Shown here: positions 1-9,105 of the stretch, piece by piece
Layout of the letters: each line of letters opens with the position of its first letter
Numbering within the stretch: position 1 is the stretch's first letter
Source: a virus
Lineage: Duplodnaviria > Heunggongvirae > Uroviricota > Caudoviricetes
DNA length: 64,000 nucleotides
Virus record (IMG/VR): IMGVR_UViG_3300037400_006466
Location: 44,098-108,097 of that record
Direction: 5' to 3' (one strand)
Position numbers and translations under genes: made by a program
Notes under the pieces: generated by a model
Database searches by the model: none
Told to the model about the DNA's origin: nothing
Seen by the model: only the letters and a program-made list of their open reading frames with translations

Positions 1-27
1 TCTAAGCTCACAGATATGGATGATTAA

Positions 28-750
28 ATGGCAGAGACTGTGAAAAAGAAGCCTGAGTCAGATGTCCCTGAGACTGAAAGGAATCTGAGGACTCTGCAGG
101 CGGCTTTTCTGGCTGACAGGAACAATCAGCAGGTTTTCAATGACTATTTTCTTCTGCTGAGAAAATATGCAAGGTCATTGACTCTTAAGAAAATCAAGAG
201 AAAGAACCTGTTCCTTCCTCCTGAGAGAGTGGATGAGATATGCACTGATGCCACATTGGCCTTGATTGATCAATACAAGAAGCCCAAATGGAGTGTTGAT
301 GCATCCTTTGCGGGTGTGTTGCAGTTCAAGATAATAGAGGCCATGTGGAAATCAGCTGCAGATGATATGAACTCATCGCTGAATCAGACTTTCTCAGATG
401 ACAAGGACAGTAAAGAGATACTTGACCTTGTTGGGTCGGGTTCAGCCTTACCTTGGGATATGTCCCAATATGGGAAGGAGAGGACCAGCGATGACCCGTC
501 TGACACCATAATGGAGGAGGTGAATGTCTCCTTTGATGAGGTCAGAAGTCTGATTGAGGAATGCTATGTGGACTTACCTTACAGGCTTTACCTGAGGTTT
601 GTCCCATGGCTTGTCCTTCAGTTCAGAAAGCCTAAGACAAAGAACATACAGGCATTGTTCAACAGATTATTTCTTACAAATAAAGAAGAGAATGCCTTTG
701 ATATGCTTCTCCTGGAGATACACAACCGTATATCTCAGCATGTCATATGA
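28..750 (+). CDS. Putative phage sigma-factor-like transcription protein
   Basis: 240 aa helical ORF with a sigma region-2-like pattern (LLRKYARSL...VDEICTDATLALIDQY...SFAGVLQFKIIEAM...SSLNQ); followed by an intrinsic terminator. Function inferred from weak resemblance only. Confidence 0.45.
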   Translation: MAETVKKKPESDVPETERNLRTLQAAFLADRNNQQVFNDYFLLLRKYARSLTLKKIKRKNLFLPPERVDEICTDATLALIDQYKKPKWSVDASFAGVLQFKIIEAMWKSAADDMNSSLNQTFSDDKDSKEILDLVGSGSALPWDMSQYGKERTSDDPSDTIMEEVNVSFDEVRSLIEECYVDLPYRLYLRFVPWLVLQFRKPKTKNIQALFNRLFLTNKEENAFDMLLLEIHNRISQHVI

Positions 751-755
751 AACTC

Positions 756-780
756 ACCCATCCTTTTGGATGGGTTTTTT
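756..780 (+). terminator. Rho-independent terminator
   Basis: ACCCATCC-TTTT-GGATGGGT followed by a T-run directly after the stop at 750. Confidence 0.85.
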
Positions 781-809
781 ATTGGATTCCCAATAGGATT
801 GTATGATGA

Positions 810-816
810 ACTAATT
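810..816 (+). promoter_or_regulatory. Putative late promoter motif ACTAATT (representative of about 20 copies)
   Basis: Same heptamer in intergenic DNA upstream of structural or late-type genes throughout the window; see findings. Confidence 0.7.
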
Positions 817-846
817 AAGTCATAACAATTTCCGGGAATTTTTTTT

Positions 847-3800
847 ATGAGAAAAGCCACAGACAAAGAGATAAATGACTTCATAAAGTATCGTTCCAAT
901 CATGTTGCCCTTGTCCAGAGAATAGGAAGGGTAGTGTTTGACGAGAACTTTTCAGACCATGACCATGACAAGATAGAAGCAGATGGTGAGACCCTTAATC
1001 TATATGCATTGAGAAATGCAATGATTAATGGGACCTATCAGGCTCATGGTGAAGATAGAAAGGCTCTGTCAAAGTTGGCTGGAGAGCACGTCTGCTCACA
1101 GCCCCACCATCCTGAGTACTGGTGTACGGAAATCACTCCCAATAACTTTGATGATTCCAATCCTCCTCAGTGCAGGCCTTCAAGAATGACAGACAGAAGA
1201 ATTCTTGAGATGATATCTGACTGGAGTGCTGTTGCCCTCAAGAGGAACCAACCTCTTTTCAAGTGGTATAATGACAATTGTGTAGGACCTGATGCCAGAT
1301 TCCTTTTTACAGACCACCAAAGGAAAATCATAGAAGAAGGAATACAGAAAATCATAGATTCCATAGAGAAGGAACATCTTGAATATCCAGGTGTCAAATA
1401 CACAGCAAAGCAGGTAGAACCCAAGACAGAGGAAAAGCTTACAGAAGATGATTGTGGTGGTGTCTGTGGAGTAGGTATGTCTGCTGGATTCCAGGCAATG
1501 GCACCAGAACATACAGCCAAGATTGAAGATAAAAGTGGACTCATTGACCCAAGTGGTAAATTGAAATTCAAAGAGGAAAACATTACTGGAAATGTCCTCA
1601 AGCATATGATACACTCAGAGGACCTCATTCTTGCAGGAAGGGGAGGAAGCATGCTCCTTCTCAGGACTTTCAGAGACATCTTCAACGCTTTGAAGGGAAA
1701 CACTCCTAAGTCAAGGATAACACAAAAGATAGATGGTGCTCCTGCTGTAATCGCAGCCACAGATTTCCACGGAAAGAAGTTCGTGGCTCTCAAGCACTCG
1801 TGGGATAAGGGTAAGATATTCCAGTCCATAGAGGAAGTCAGAGGAGCCTTCGGTGACAGACCTGACCTCTGTGCCAAGATGGAATATCTGTTCAACAGCC
1901 TCGATGCCATAAATATTCCAAAGGATGAGATATGGCATGGTGACTTCCTTTACCATAAGGATGACTTGAGGACTGAGGTGATTGAGGGTAAGAGATACAT
2001 AATATTCAGACCTAACACAATAGTCTATGCCATTCCTGTCAATGACCCCCTGGCTGAGACCATACTGAAGTCAGTCATAGGTGTCGCATGGCACACAAAG
2101 TATACAGGTGAGTCCTTTGATGACATACATATCTCATTTGATGTATCTGTGTCATCAGTCAATGAGATACCTGAGGTGTATCAGATGGATGCAAGGATTC
2201 CTAGTCTTGTAGGCAGGGTGACCATGACCTCTGAGGAGACAGATAAAGCAGAATCTGACATGGGAGCCCTTGAGCTCATGGTCAACGGAATAACAGTTGA
2301 TGATGATTATGAGAATCTTGTGTCTGATGAGGAGCTTGTCCTGATGCTGAACACATACAGGAACTTCATAATAAAGGATTTCAATAACCAGTTCCCAGAC
2401 ATAGAGGGATTCAGGGCATGGGTTGATGACAGATATGAGAAGGAGAAGGATAAGAAGAAGACTGACAAGGGCAAGGCCTCAGTTGAATCAAGGAAACAGA
2501 GTATCCTCTCCACAATAGACAGATACAGTGACCTGATAAAGAGAATATATGATGCTCAGAGATACGCCACAGAGCTCAAGGAGATATTCATAGGAAAGCT
2601 CAATTCCTTGTCAGGAATGAGGTCATTCGTCAGCCATATCTCACAGGGATATATCTCCACAAGCGGTGAGGGATTTGCCGTATCTGATGTTGACGGAAAC
2701 GTCTATAAGCTTGTGTCAAGACTTGAATTCTCAAGGAACAACTTCTCCAAGGAGATAATAAAGGGCTGGCAATCAGAGAAAAGGATGAATGAGAGAATGA
2801 TGACAGTAAAGTCAGCCTTGAAGGCCTTCAAGGAAGGTATGGAGCTTACTGACGATAAGAACGATAATATCACTGTTGATGATACAGACTCAAAGAATGA
2901 CCCTGCTTTTACAAAGGAAATCAAGGATATCCCTAATTCAAAGGTGAATTTGGATGATGCCCAGGATACGTTTGTGGATAAGGTCAATGATGAGGTGGGT
3001 GCTGAGTTCAAGAAGTATAAGAAGGACTCCAACACTGAAATTGAGGGGCTGACAAAGAAAGGAAGAACAGATAACGAGTTCAATGCAAGGATAATGCCCA
3101 AGGAAAAGGGAGTGACAAGAGATGACCTTAAGAAGGATGTCCTGAATCTTGATTCTTCTTCAGATGTAGATGTAACTGACACAGGACTGGATGGAACTAC
3201 TCCAATAGCAGATATTGAATTGGATGGTCCAGATGGACAGCCTTTCTATGTTCATGTGGAGTTCAAAGACAACAGATTCCGTGGGATGACCGCTGAGCAA
3301 ACAAAAGGAATGGAGGAGCTCTGGGGAAGTTGTATCTGTCAGGGATTCTGGGATGTAAACAAGAGCAATACAGAGCATACCACGTTCAGAGAACTTGTGA
3401 CAGATGAAGTCCTTGACATGATAGGACTCAATCATGACTGGAAAGGGACTCTGCTAGGTGGAACACAGAAAATAGTCTCAGAGTTCAGCAATAACGGAAA
3501 TAATCTCTACTATGTGTTCAGAGAGGGCACCTGTTTTTCTCCTCCTGGATATCCTGACCATTCAGGGTCTGAATCCATACACAATATAATAGACAGCATT
3601 GTCAAGGATGACAGAGTGTTCGGTAAAAATACACAGAAAGATACATGGAATCCTTCTGACCTTTATTTGTGTGAAGTAGGCTCCTATCAGAAGTTCGTTG
3701 ACAGATGGAATGAGATGAAGAACAAGTCATTCACCAATGAGGGAGCCTATCTGAGTGCGAACAGGTCATGTGTCAATGCTCTTTTAAGAGAGTTCCTTTC

Positions 3801-4518
3801 TGACAGAGAGGTAATAGGAATATCCTTGAAGAAGCTCGATGATGTGAGAAATGCTCATTTCACATGGTATAATGCTGACGGTAAATGGGATAAGAAGTCA
3901 TTTGAGATAATAGGAAACATCATCAGGATACAAAGACTGGGGTTGTTCTCTGAAAAGGAAAAGTCATTAGGTGGAATTACCTTTGATGTGAAGGAAAAGG
4001 GCGTTGAGAACGGTGAATACATAAATTATTCATTCAGAAGATTCTCAGGCAAAGATACAACCGTTTATTTGGAGTTAGAGCCTAAGAGGAGTAATGCCCG
4101 TTTAGGTAAGACCCCCATAGTTCTTGTGAGGGATGAGTTCAAGGATGAGGTAGGAAAGGACTTTCCTATTGATAATGCCCGTGAGATATCCAATTGTGTT
4201 GATAACATCAGGAATTTGAGGCCTCTTGTAGAGCAGACACTAAGGTTGCTTGGACAGAAGGGAATCAGAGTGGTCACATCAGATGGCATTGATTTGAGTC
4301 TGAGAACTTGGGATGACTTTGTAAAGAGACTTGAGGTTTTGAATACATTAGGTGAGGATGGAATCAGTTATGGAGACAGACACAGACTCCTTGACTGGCC
4401 TAAGCTCATATCCTTCCTTAGAGCTTTGGCTGGAAATACAGAGGATGTTCTGTATAAATGGTATAGCGGAGCATCTAAGTCGGGTGAGTTCTTTGCCCCA
4501 TATGTGAAGATTTCATAA
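847..4518 (+). CDS. Multidomain protein: HD-type phosphohydrolase (DUF5662-like) + ligase-superfamily nucleotidyltransferase (DUF6267-like) + PD-(D/E)XK-like nuclease
   Basis: N-term H..HDHDK...HHPEYW...EMISDW; middle QKIDG (motif I KxDG), GDFLY, EGFAV, YKLV; C-term DTWNPSDLYL...IGISLKK. Domain names from recall. Confidence 0.7.
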   Translation: MRKATDKEINDFIKYRSNHVALVQRIGRVVFDENFSDHDHDKIEADGETLNLYALRNAMINGTYQAHGEDRKALSKLAGEHVCSQPHHPEYWCTEITPNNFDDSNPPQCRPSRMTDRRILEMISDWSAVALKRNQPLFKWYNDNCVGPDARFLFTDHQRKIIEEGIQKIIDSIEKEHLEYPGVKYTAKQVEPKTEEKLTEDDCGGVCGVGMSAGFQAMAPEHTAKIEDKSGLIDPSGKLKFKEENITGNVLKHMIHSEDLILAGRGGSMLLLRTFRDIFNALKGNTPKSRITQKIDGAPAVIAATDFHGKKFVALKHSWDKGKIFQSIEEVRGAFGDRPDLCAKMEYLFNSLDAINIPKDEIWHGDFLYHKDDLRTEVIEGKRYIIFRPNTIVYAIPVNDPLAETILKSVIGVAWHTKYTGESFDDIHISFDVSVSSVNEIPEVYQMDARIPSLVGRVTMTSEETDKAESDMGALELMVNGITVDDDYENLVSDEELVLMLNTYRNFIIKDFNNQFPDIEGFRAWVDDRYEKEKDKKKTDKGKASVESRKQSILSTIDRYSDLIKRIYDAQRYATELKEIFIGKLNSLSGMRSFVSHISQGYISTSGEGFAVSDVDGNVYKLVSRLEFSRNNFSKEIIKGWQSEKRMNERMMTVKSALKAFKEGMELTDDKNDNITVDDTDSKNDPAFTKEIKDIPNSKVNLDDAQDTFVDKVNDEVGAEFKKYKKDSNTEIEGLTKKGRTDNEFNARIMPKEKGVTRDDLKKDVLNLDSSSDVDVTDTGLDGTTPIADIELDGPDGQPFYVHVEFKDNRFRGMTAEQTKGMEELWGSCICQGFWDVNKSNTEHTTFRELVTDEVLDMIGLNHDWKGTLLGGTQKIVSEFSNNGNNLYYVFREGTCFSPPGYPDHSGSESIHNIIDSIVKDDRVFGKNTQKDTWNPSDLYLCEVGSYQKFVDRWNEMKNKSFTNEGAYLSANRSCVNALLREFLSDREVIGISLKKLDDVRNAHFTWYNADGKWDKKSFEIIGNIIRIQRLGLFSEKEKSLGGITFDVKEKGVENGEYINYSFRRFSGKDTTVYLELEPKRSNARLGKTPIVLVRDEFKDEVGKDFPIDNAREISNCVDNIRNLRPLVEQTLRLLGQKGIRVVTSDGIDLSLRTWDDFVKRLEVLNTLGEDGISYGDRHRLLDWPKLISFLRALAGNTEDVLYKWYSGASKSGEFFAPYVKIS

Positions 4519-4527
4519 GGAGATATT

Positions 4528-5103
4528 ATGTCAGATTCAAGAACAGCAGCACTTTGTTTCGGGAGATACAATCCTCCCACATACGGACACCTTCTCCTCT
4601 GGACAAAGTTGAGTGAAGCTCCTGCAGATGATAAGTTCATCTATGCTTCCCACTCACAGGACAAGAAGAAGAATCCACTGTCATATGCCACAAAGTATGC
4701 TCTGATAAAGTATATCATAAAGAGCAAAGGACTGGATGCAGAGTTCGTCAAGTCTGATGCAAGGACCATAATGGAGGCTGTCCTTGACCTTTACAGAAAA
4801 GGATATACTGATATCCTCATCGTGGCAGGCTCAGACAGGATAGATGACCTCAAGGGGCTTGTATCAAGATACAACGGTGTCCCATTGAATAAGAACGGAG
4901 ATATGTATCAGTTCGATTCCATAAAGGGTATCAACGCGGGTGATAGAGACCCTGATGCTGATGATATCACAGGTATGTCTGCCTCTAAGGTCAGGAAATT
5001 CGCCCTTGACGGAGATTTTGAGGATTTCCATAGGAGCATCCCCATTGAGGATGAGATGATTGCCCAGTCCATCTATGATGAGATAAGGGAAGTAATGCTT
5101 TAA
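4528..5103 (+). CDS. Cytidylyltransferase-like (HIGH-family) nucleotidyltransferase
   Basis: FGRYNPPTYGH, KKNPLSY, AGSDR and RDPDADDITGMSASKVR motifs typical of the T4-like phage family; RBS AAGGAG. Confidence 0.85.
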   Translation: MSDSRTAALCFGRYNPPTYGHLLLWTKLSEAPADDKFIYASHSQDKKKNPLSYATKYALIKYIIKSKGLDAEFVKSDARTIMEAVLDLYRKGYTDILIVAGSDRIDDLKGLVSRYNGVPLNKNGDMYQFDSIKGINAGDRDPDADDITGMSASKVRKFALDGDFEDFHRSIPIEDEMIAQSIYDEIREVML

Positions 5104-5199
5104 TCACTTTTTTGTAACCTTATGAATACTCGTTTGTTATAATTATTGAAAGGGATCTCAGTAGTCCTTTTGATTCATGATTTTAAGGAGAATAATTCT

Positions 5200-5763
5200 A
5201 TGAAAAAGATTCTTATCGCACTTCTATGCATATTCTGTGTTCTTCCTGTCTTTGCACTCTCCACAGAGGTTAACCTCGGTCTTGTAGGTCAGCAGAACAA
5301 TACCCTCGAATCAACTCTTGACCTTGAGTCAGAGCAGATTAAGGTGGATTTCAACCAGTTCAACTTCGGTGCTGTGGCAGATGCTAAGGTAGCTATAGCA
5401 GATGTCAATATGACTGCCTTCTGTACAAAGGTGGATGAAATCAATGTCCTTAATGGTGTTCTTTCTGGAAATGTTGTCCTTGATATTGTCTTTGTTAGAG
5501 TAGGTCTTGGTCTCGGTGTCAATTACCTCTTTGATGCAGAGAACGGATTCAGATTCGTTGGTGGAGATTTCCTCAATGCCAATCTTTCACTTAGGGCAGA
5601 AGTGGATGTGGTTCTCGGTGACCTCAAAGTTGGTCTTTATGGAACAGTTCCTACACTCTATACACTCAGCAACATAACTTCTTTCAAGTACAGTGATGTG
5701 GATCTGGAGAATTTCTGGAAGGCAGCAGTTGTAGGAATCTCAGTCAAGTCCAATCTTCTGTAA
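5200..5763 (+). CDS. Secreted, outer-membrane beta-barrel-like protein with signal peptide
   Basis: Start moved to ATG 5200 (RBS AAGGAG at 5185); signal peptide MKKILIALLCIFCVLPVFA; alternating hydrophobic beta-strand pattern. Confidence 0.65.
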   Translation: MKKILIALLCIFCVLPVFALSTEVNLGLVGQQNNTLESTLDLESEQIKVDFNQFNFGAVADAKVAIADVNMTAFCTKVDEINVLNGVLSGNVVLDIVFVRVGLGLGVNYLFDAENGFRFVGGDFLNANLSLRAEVDVVLGDLKVGLYGTVPTLYTLSNITSFKYSDVDLENFWKAAVVGISVKSNLL

Positions 5764-5786
5764 TCTGTAAAAGATTTTTACAAGAA

Positions 5787-5811
5787 GCCCCTCTAATCAG
5801 AGGGGTTTTTT
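5787..5811 (+). terminator. Rho-independent terminator, near-duplicated at 6307-6330
   Basis: CCCCTCT-AATC-AGAGGGG-TTTTTT. Confidence 0.8.
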
Positions 5812-5849
5812 ATTTATACTAATTTCTTATATTTAAAAGGGAACTATAT

Positions 5850-6281
5850 ATGAAAAAAGCCTGGAAAGAAGAAAATATGATTCTTAGAGAAAAGTCAGAA
5901 GAATTTGAACTGGTAAGTACAGATGAAGATTGGGATGCCAATAAGTATCCAGTAAAATGGAGCACTAATCCATTATTTGAAGATTCTAATTTTGCATTAT
6001 TTGAAGGAAGTAATGGAAATATTTATTACAAAGTTATTACTAAACCAGGTACAGCTGCTTTTAAATATGGAGTTCAGATACTTCTTCCAAATAGTACAAA
6101 AAATAACAGTAATAGAATATCTGATATTCGTATTGCATGGAAAGGATATGATGGGAAATCCGGAGTATCAGATGCATTTGAATTAAGGTCTTGTATTGGA
6201 AGTGCCTTAAAATTTGCAAAAAAAGTTAAGGGTCTTGTTAGACTTCCTGTATGCGGTATAAATAATTATGATATTTTATAA
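5850..6281 (+). CDS. Hypothetical protein with conserved KKxWK leader (putative internal head protein)
   Basis: Starts MKKAWKEENMILRE; ACTAATT at 5818; AT-rich. Confidence 0.7.
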   Translation: MKKAWKEENMILREKSEEFELVSTDEDWDANKYPVKWSTNPLFEDSNFALFEGSNGNIYYKVITKPGTAAFKYGVQILLPNSTKNNSNRISDIRIAWKGYDGKSGVSDAFELRSCIGSALKFAKKVKGLVRLPVCGINNYDIL

Positions 6282-6311
6282 TTTTTGTAATATTCTTATT
6301 TAATATCCCCT

Positions 6312-7244
6312 TTAATCAGAGGGGTTTTTCTTTATATATTTTTTTAATCTTCCTAATGAGTATCCTTCTGGTTGTATTGAACTTCTTAATTCTTCAATTC
6401 CATTATTATACCACTTAAGATTCTTTTTTAACATAGATTCTCTTTGCTTCTCTTTGGATTCCTTTAACATCGGTAGTCTTCCTTTAATAAAGCCATTAGG
6501 TATTGGATTTCCTACTTCAATAGGTTTTTCTTCTAAGCCATTATTATACCATTCCATAGTATGAGAATTATAGAATTTTTTATTAGCTTCTGATATTTTA
6601 TTTCTTGTTTCATTATTTACTTCTTTTCCAAATCTGGGATTATTTTCTTTAGACATTTTCTCTGAAAATTTTTTAAGTCTCCCTGGAACATATCCTTCAG
6701 GACATTTAAAAGTATTGGTTTCTATAGTCCCATTATTATACCATTTTCTTTGAGAGTTTATTTTGCTAAGTTTATCCTTTGTTTCTTTGGAAAGTTTTTT
6801 TCCTTTTGAAGCTTCGGAAATTGCTTTTTTGTGAGATTCAGTAAAAGGCCTTCCCTTTAAGCATTTACTTGTATTCTCTCCTATTTTCTTAAATCCTTCT
6901 TCTCTTAATCTTCCAAAATTCTGTAGTTCTTCTAATGTTAATTTTTCTATATCACTTAATTTATTAAAATTTCTATCACAAAAGCATCCAAATATATGAA
7001 TGTATTTATCACCTTTATCTCTGGCCAATAAATAATGTAAAAGAGTATGCTCAAAAGCAGTACATCTGACACACCTATCATCTATTGTGGGGTCTTTTCT
7101 ATCTTTTTGCTGTATAGATATGGGAATTATATGATGAGCTTCATATCCTTTGGCTCTTGCTTCTGATGATGAATTATATATTTTAAATTTTTTAATAAAA
7201 TCCTCATAAGTTAAGGATTCAAGGTTTATATTATTTATGTCCAT
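6312..7244 (-). CDS. Free-standing HNH homing endonuclease with NUMOD3-like and WYNNG repeats
   Basis: YEAHHIIP...EHTLLH; TESHKKAISEA-type repeats; three WYNNG...GR repeats; very AT-rich; start taken at ATG 7244. Confidence 0.85.
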   Translation of the reverse strand: MDINNINLESLTYEDFIKKFKIYNSSSEARAKGYEAHHIIPISIQQKDRKDPTIDDRCVRCTAFEHTLLHYLLARDKGDKYIHIFGCFCDRNFNKLSDIEKLTLEELQNFGRLREEGFKKIGENTSKCLKGRPFTESHKKAISEASKGKKLSKETKDKLSKINSQRKWYNNGTIETNTFKCPEGYVPGRLKKFSEKMSKENNPRFGKEVNNETRNKISEANKKFYNSHTMEWYNNGLEEKPIEVGNPIPNGFIKGRLPMLKESKEKQRESMLKKNLKWYNNGIEELRSSIQPEGYSLGRLKKYIKKNPSD

Positions 7245-7287
7245 ATAATAATTAGTTAAAGTTATTAGTGGAAGGAGATTGATACTA

Positions 7288-7974
7288 ATGATTAAATTAG
7301 AGAATACATCAGTTTTAGGTTTTGAAAGTGCTTTTAGAGGAATGAGGAATCCTCTTAATTCTTGGAAAAAAAGTGATTCAGTTTTTGTACCAGAAATTAA
7401 GATTGGTGAGAATGATATGAAATTAGCTAAGGCTCTCATCAAGGCCGGACCAGCTGACAGAAAGTTTTTGAGAATGATTCATGTTCAGGTGGATATTACA
7501 TCGAGTCTATATTTTTTTAAAGAGTTTGACACCTATAAGATTTCAACTGTGGCAGATTCCTGTTCCACAATGCACAAGATTCATTCAAGGGATTTGACCA
7601 TTGATGATTTCAGTACTGAGCACTTGAATGACTTGATGAAAGGTACTCTTAAAGGAATAATTGAACTTATGAATCTTTACAGACAGAAGTTCATTGAGAC
7701 AAAAGACAAGGAGAACTGGTGGCAAATCATACAGATGCTTCCATCCTCTTACAATCAGAGGAGGACTTGGGACGGAAATTATGAAACACTCATGTCAATG
7801 TACTTTCAGAGAAGGAATCATAAGCTGGATGAATGGCACACTTTCTGTGACTGGATTCTTGAACTTCCTTATATGAGGGAGTTCATAGGTGTCCTTGATG
7901 AAAGAGTCAAGGAGATAGAGGAAGTTCCGACAGAACATATGGTGGATAATCTGATTTTGAATAATCAGATTTGA
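7288..7974 (+). CDS. ThyX-like (flavin-dependent thymidylate synthase-related) phage protein
   Basis: GMRNPLNSW..SDS, RKFLRMI, EFDTYK, SCSTMH, LPSSY, YFQRRNHKLDEW motifs; RBS AAGGAG before ATG 7288. Confidence 0.7.
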   Translation: MIKLENTSVLGFESAFRGMRNPLNSWKKSDSVFVPEIKIGENDMKLAKALIKAGPADRKFLRMIHVQVDITSSLYFFKEFDTYKISTVADSCSTMHKIHSRDLTIDDFSTEHLNDLMKGTLKGIIELMNLYRQKFIETKDKENWWQIIQMLPSSYNQRRTWDGNYETLMSMYFQRRNHKLDEWHTFCDWILELPYMREFIGVLDERVKEIEEVPTEHMVDNLILNNQI

Positions 7975-8048
7975 TACTAATTAAGATTGTGGAAAAGATG
8001 GGTCGGTATGACCCTGAATATATTTTATTAAAGACATGGCAGGAAGTC

Positions 8049-8495
8049 ATGTCAAGGGAGTACAGGATGTATTCAGTACCAAGCGTTTTTGGTGACAGTT
8101 TCCTTGATACGGTTTTCAAGGATTTCGACCTTATGTGGAAGAACCCAAGATTCAGTTTTGATGATTCTTTCCCACCTATCAATCTTTATGTAAATCAGGA
8201 CGATAAGGCCTGTACCTATGAGCTGGCTCTTACAGGCTACAAGAAAGATTGGCTTTCAGTAGAGCTTGACGGAAACAATCTTAAGATTTCTGCCAATGTT
8301 CCTGAGGAGAAGGAAGATTCAAAGCAGTATATCAAGAGGAGAATCAAGGCAAAGTCTTTTGAGAAGACTTACAAGATTCCTGAGGGATATGATACAGAGA
8401 AGGCTGAGGTTTCCTATGAGGATGGACTTTTGACTTTATTTGTACCAGTCAAGACCAAACCCGCTGAGACCACAAAGAAGCTTCTAATCAAGTAA
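8049..8495 (+). CDS. Small heat shock protein (Hsp20/alpha-crystallin)
   Basis: FPPINLY...ELALTGYKK...SFEKTYKIP...AEVSYEDGLLTLFVP. Confidence 0.9.
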   Translation: MSREYRMYSVPSVFGDSFLDTVFKDFDLMWKNPRFSFDDSFPPINLYVNQDDKACTYELALTGYKKDWLSVELDGNNLKISANVPEEKEDSKQYIKRRIKAKSFEKTYKIPEGYDTEKAEVSYEDGLLTLFVPVKTKPAETTKKLLIK

Positions 8496-8516
8496 TTCTG
8501 ATTGTGGTAAAAAGAA

Positions 8517-8547
8517 ACAGACCCCTGAAAAGGAGTCTGTTTTTTTT
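8517..8547. terminator. Bidirectional terminator between convergent genes
   Basis: ACAGACCCCT-GAAA-AGGAGTCTGT with T-run; A-rich upstream. Confidence 0.75.
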
Positions 8548-8565
8548 ATGCTTATGATTGATTCA

Positions 8566-9105
8566 TTAAAGATACATTTCAGAGATGTGATTGAGAATCC
8601 CTTTAAGTTCATCTTTGTCCATTGAAGTTGCAATCTCATCACATAGGTCACTAGCACCTATTGCATTTTTAAGTTCTTCATAAAGGCCAGAAATTTCTTT
8701 ATCCTTGAACAGCCTGTTATAGAAGTTGTTTTCTCTGATATTTTTTCTTTCTTTCTTCTCAATGAAAGTGTCGTGATATTCCTCATAAGAGGTTTCTTCT
8801 ATCTCAGTAGATACAGCATCAGTTTCCTCAGCTATCTCTTCCACCCATTTTTCTATATCCTCGTTTTCATTGTCTTTGAAGCTGATACTGATATATTTGA
8901 TTACCTTGATTTTATCATCATCTATCTTACGGAGGGTAATCATCTCCTCATTGGAGATCTCCTTAAGCCAATCAAATATCTCGTCTCTCTCCTCTTTTGT
9001 ATTATAGGTGAGGATAATCTTGTAATAGACATCTGAGTAGTCAGGATACTCTTCATAGGATGCTTCATTAAGAAGCATATTATCATCTTTCCAATTCTTT
9101 TTCAT
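8566..9105 (-). CDS. Acidic protein with conserved KKxWK leader (putative internal head protein)
   Basis: Starts MKKNWKDDNMLLNE; internal KNIRE linker; TAATG-coupled to the upstream neck gene. Confidence 0.7.
   Translation of the reverse strand: MKKNWKDDNMLLNEASYEEYPDYSDVYYKIILTYNTKEERDEIFDWLKEISNEEMITLRKIDDDKIKVIKYISISFKDNENEDIEKWVEEIAEETDAVSTEIEETSYEEYHDTFIEKKERKNIRENNFYNRLFKDKEISGLYEELKNAIGASDLCDEIATSMDKDELKGILNHISEMYL

Noticed and set aside
6312-7442. Longer start for the HNH gene at 7442
   Set aside because: It would overlap the ThyX-like gene on the other strand; ATG 7244 follows the late motif
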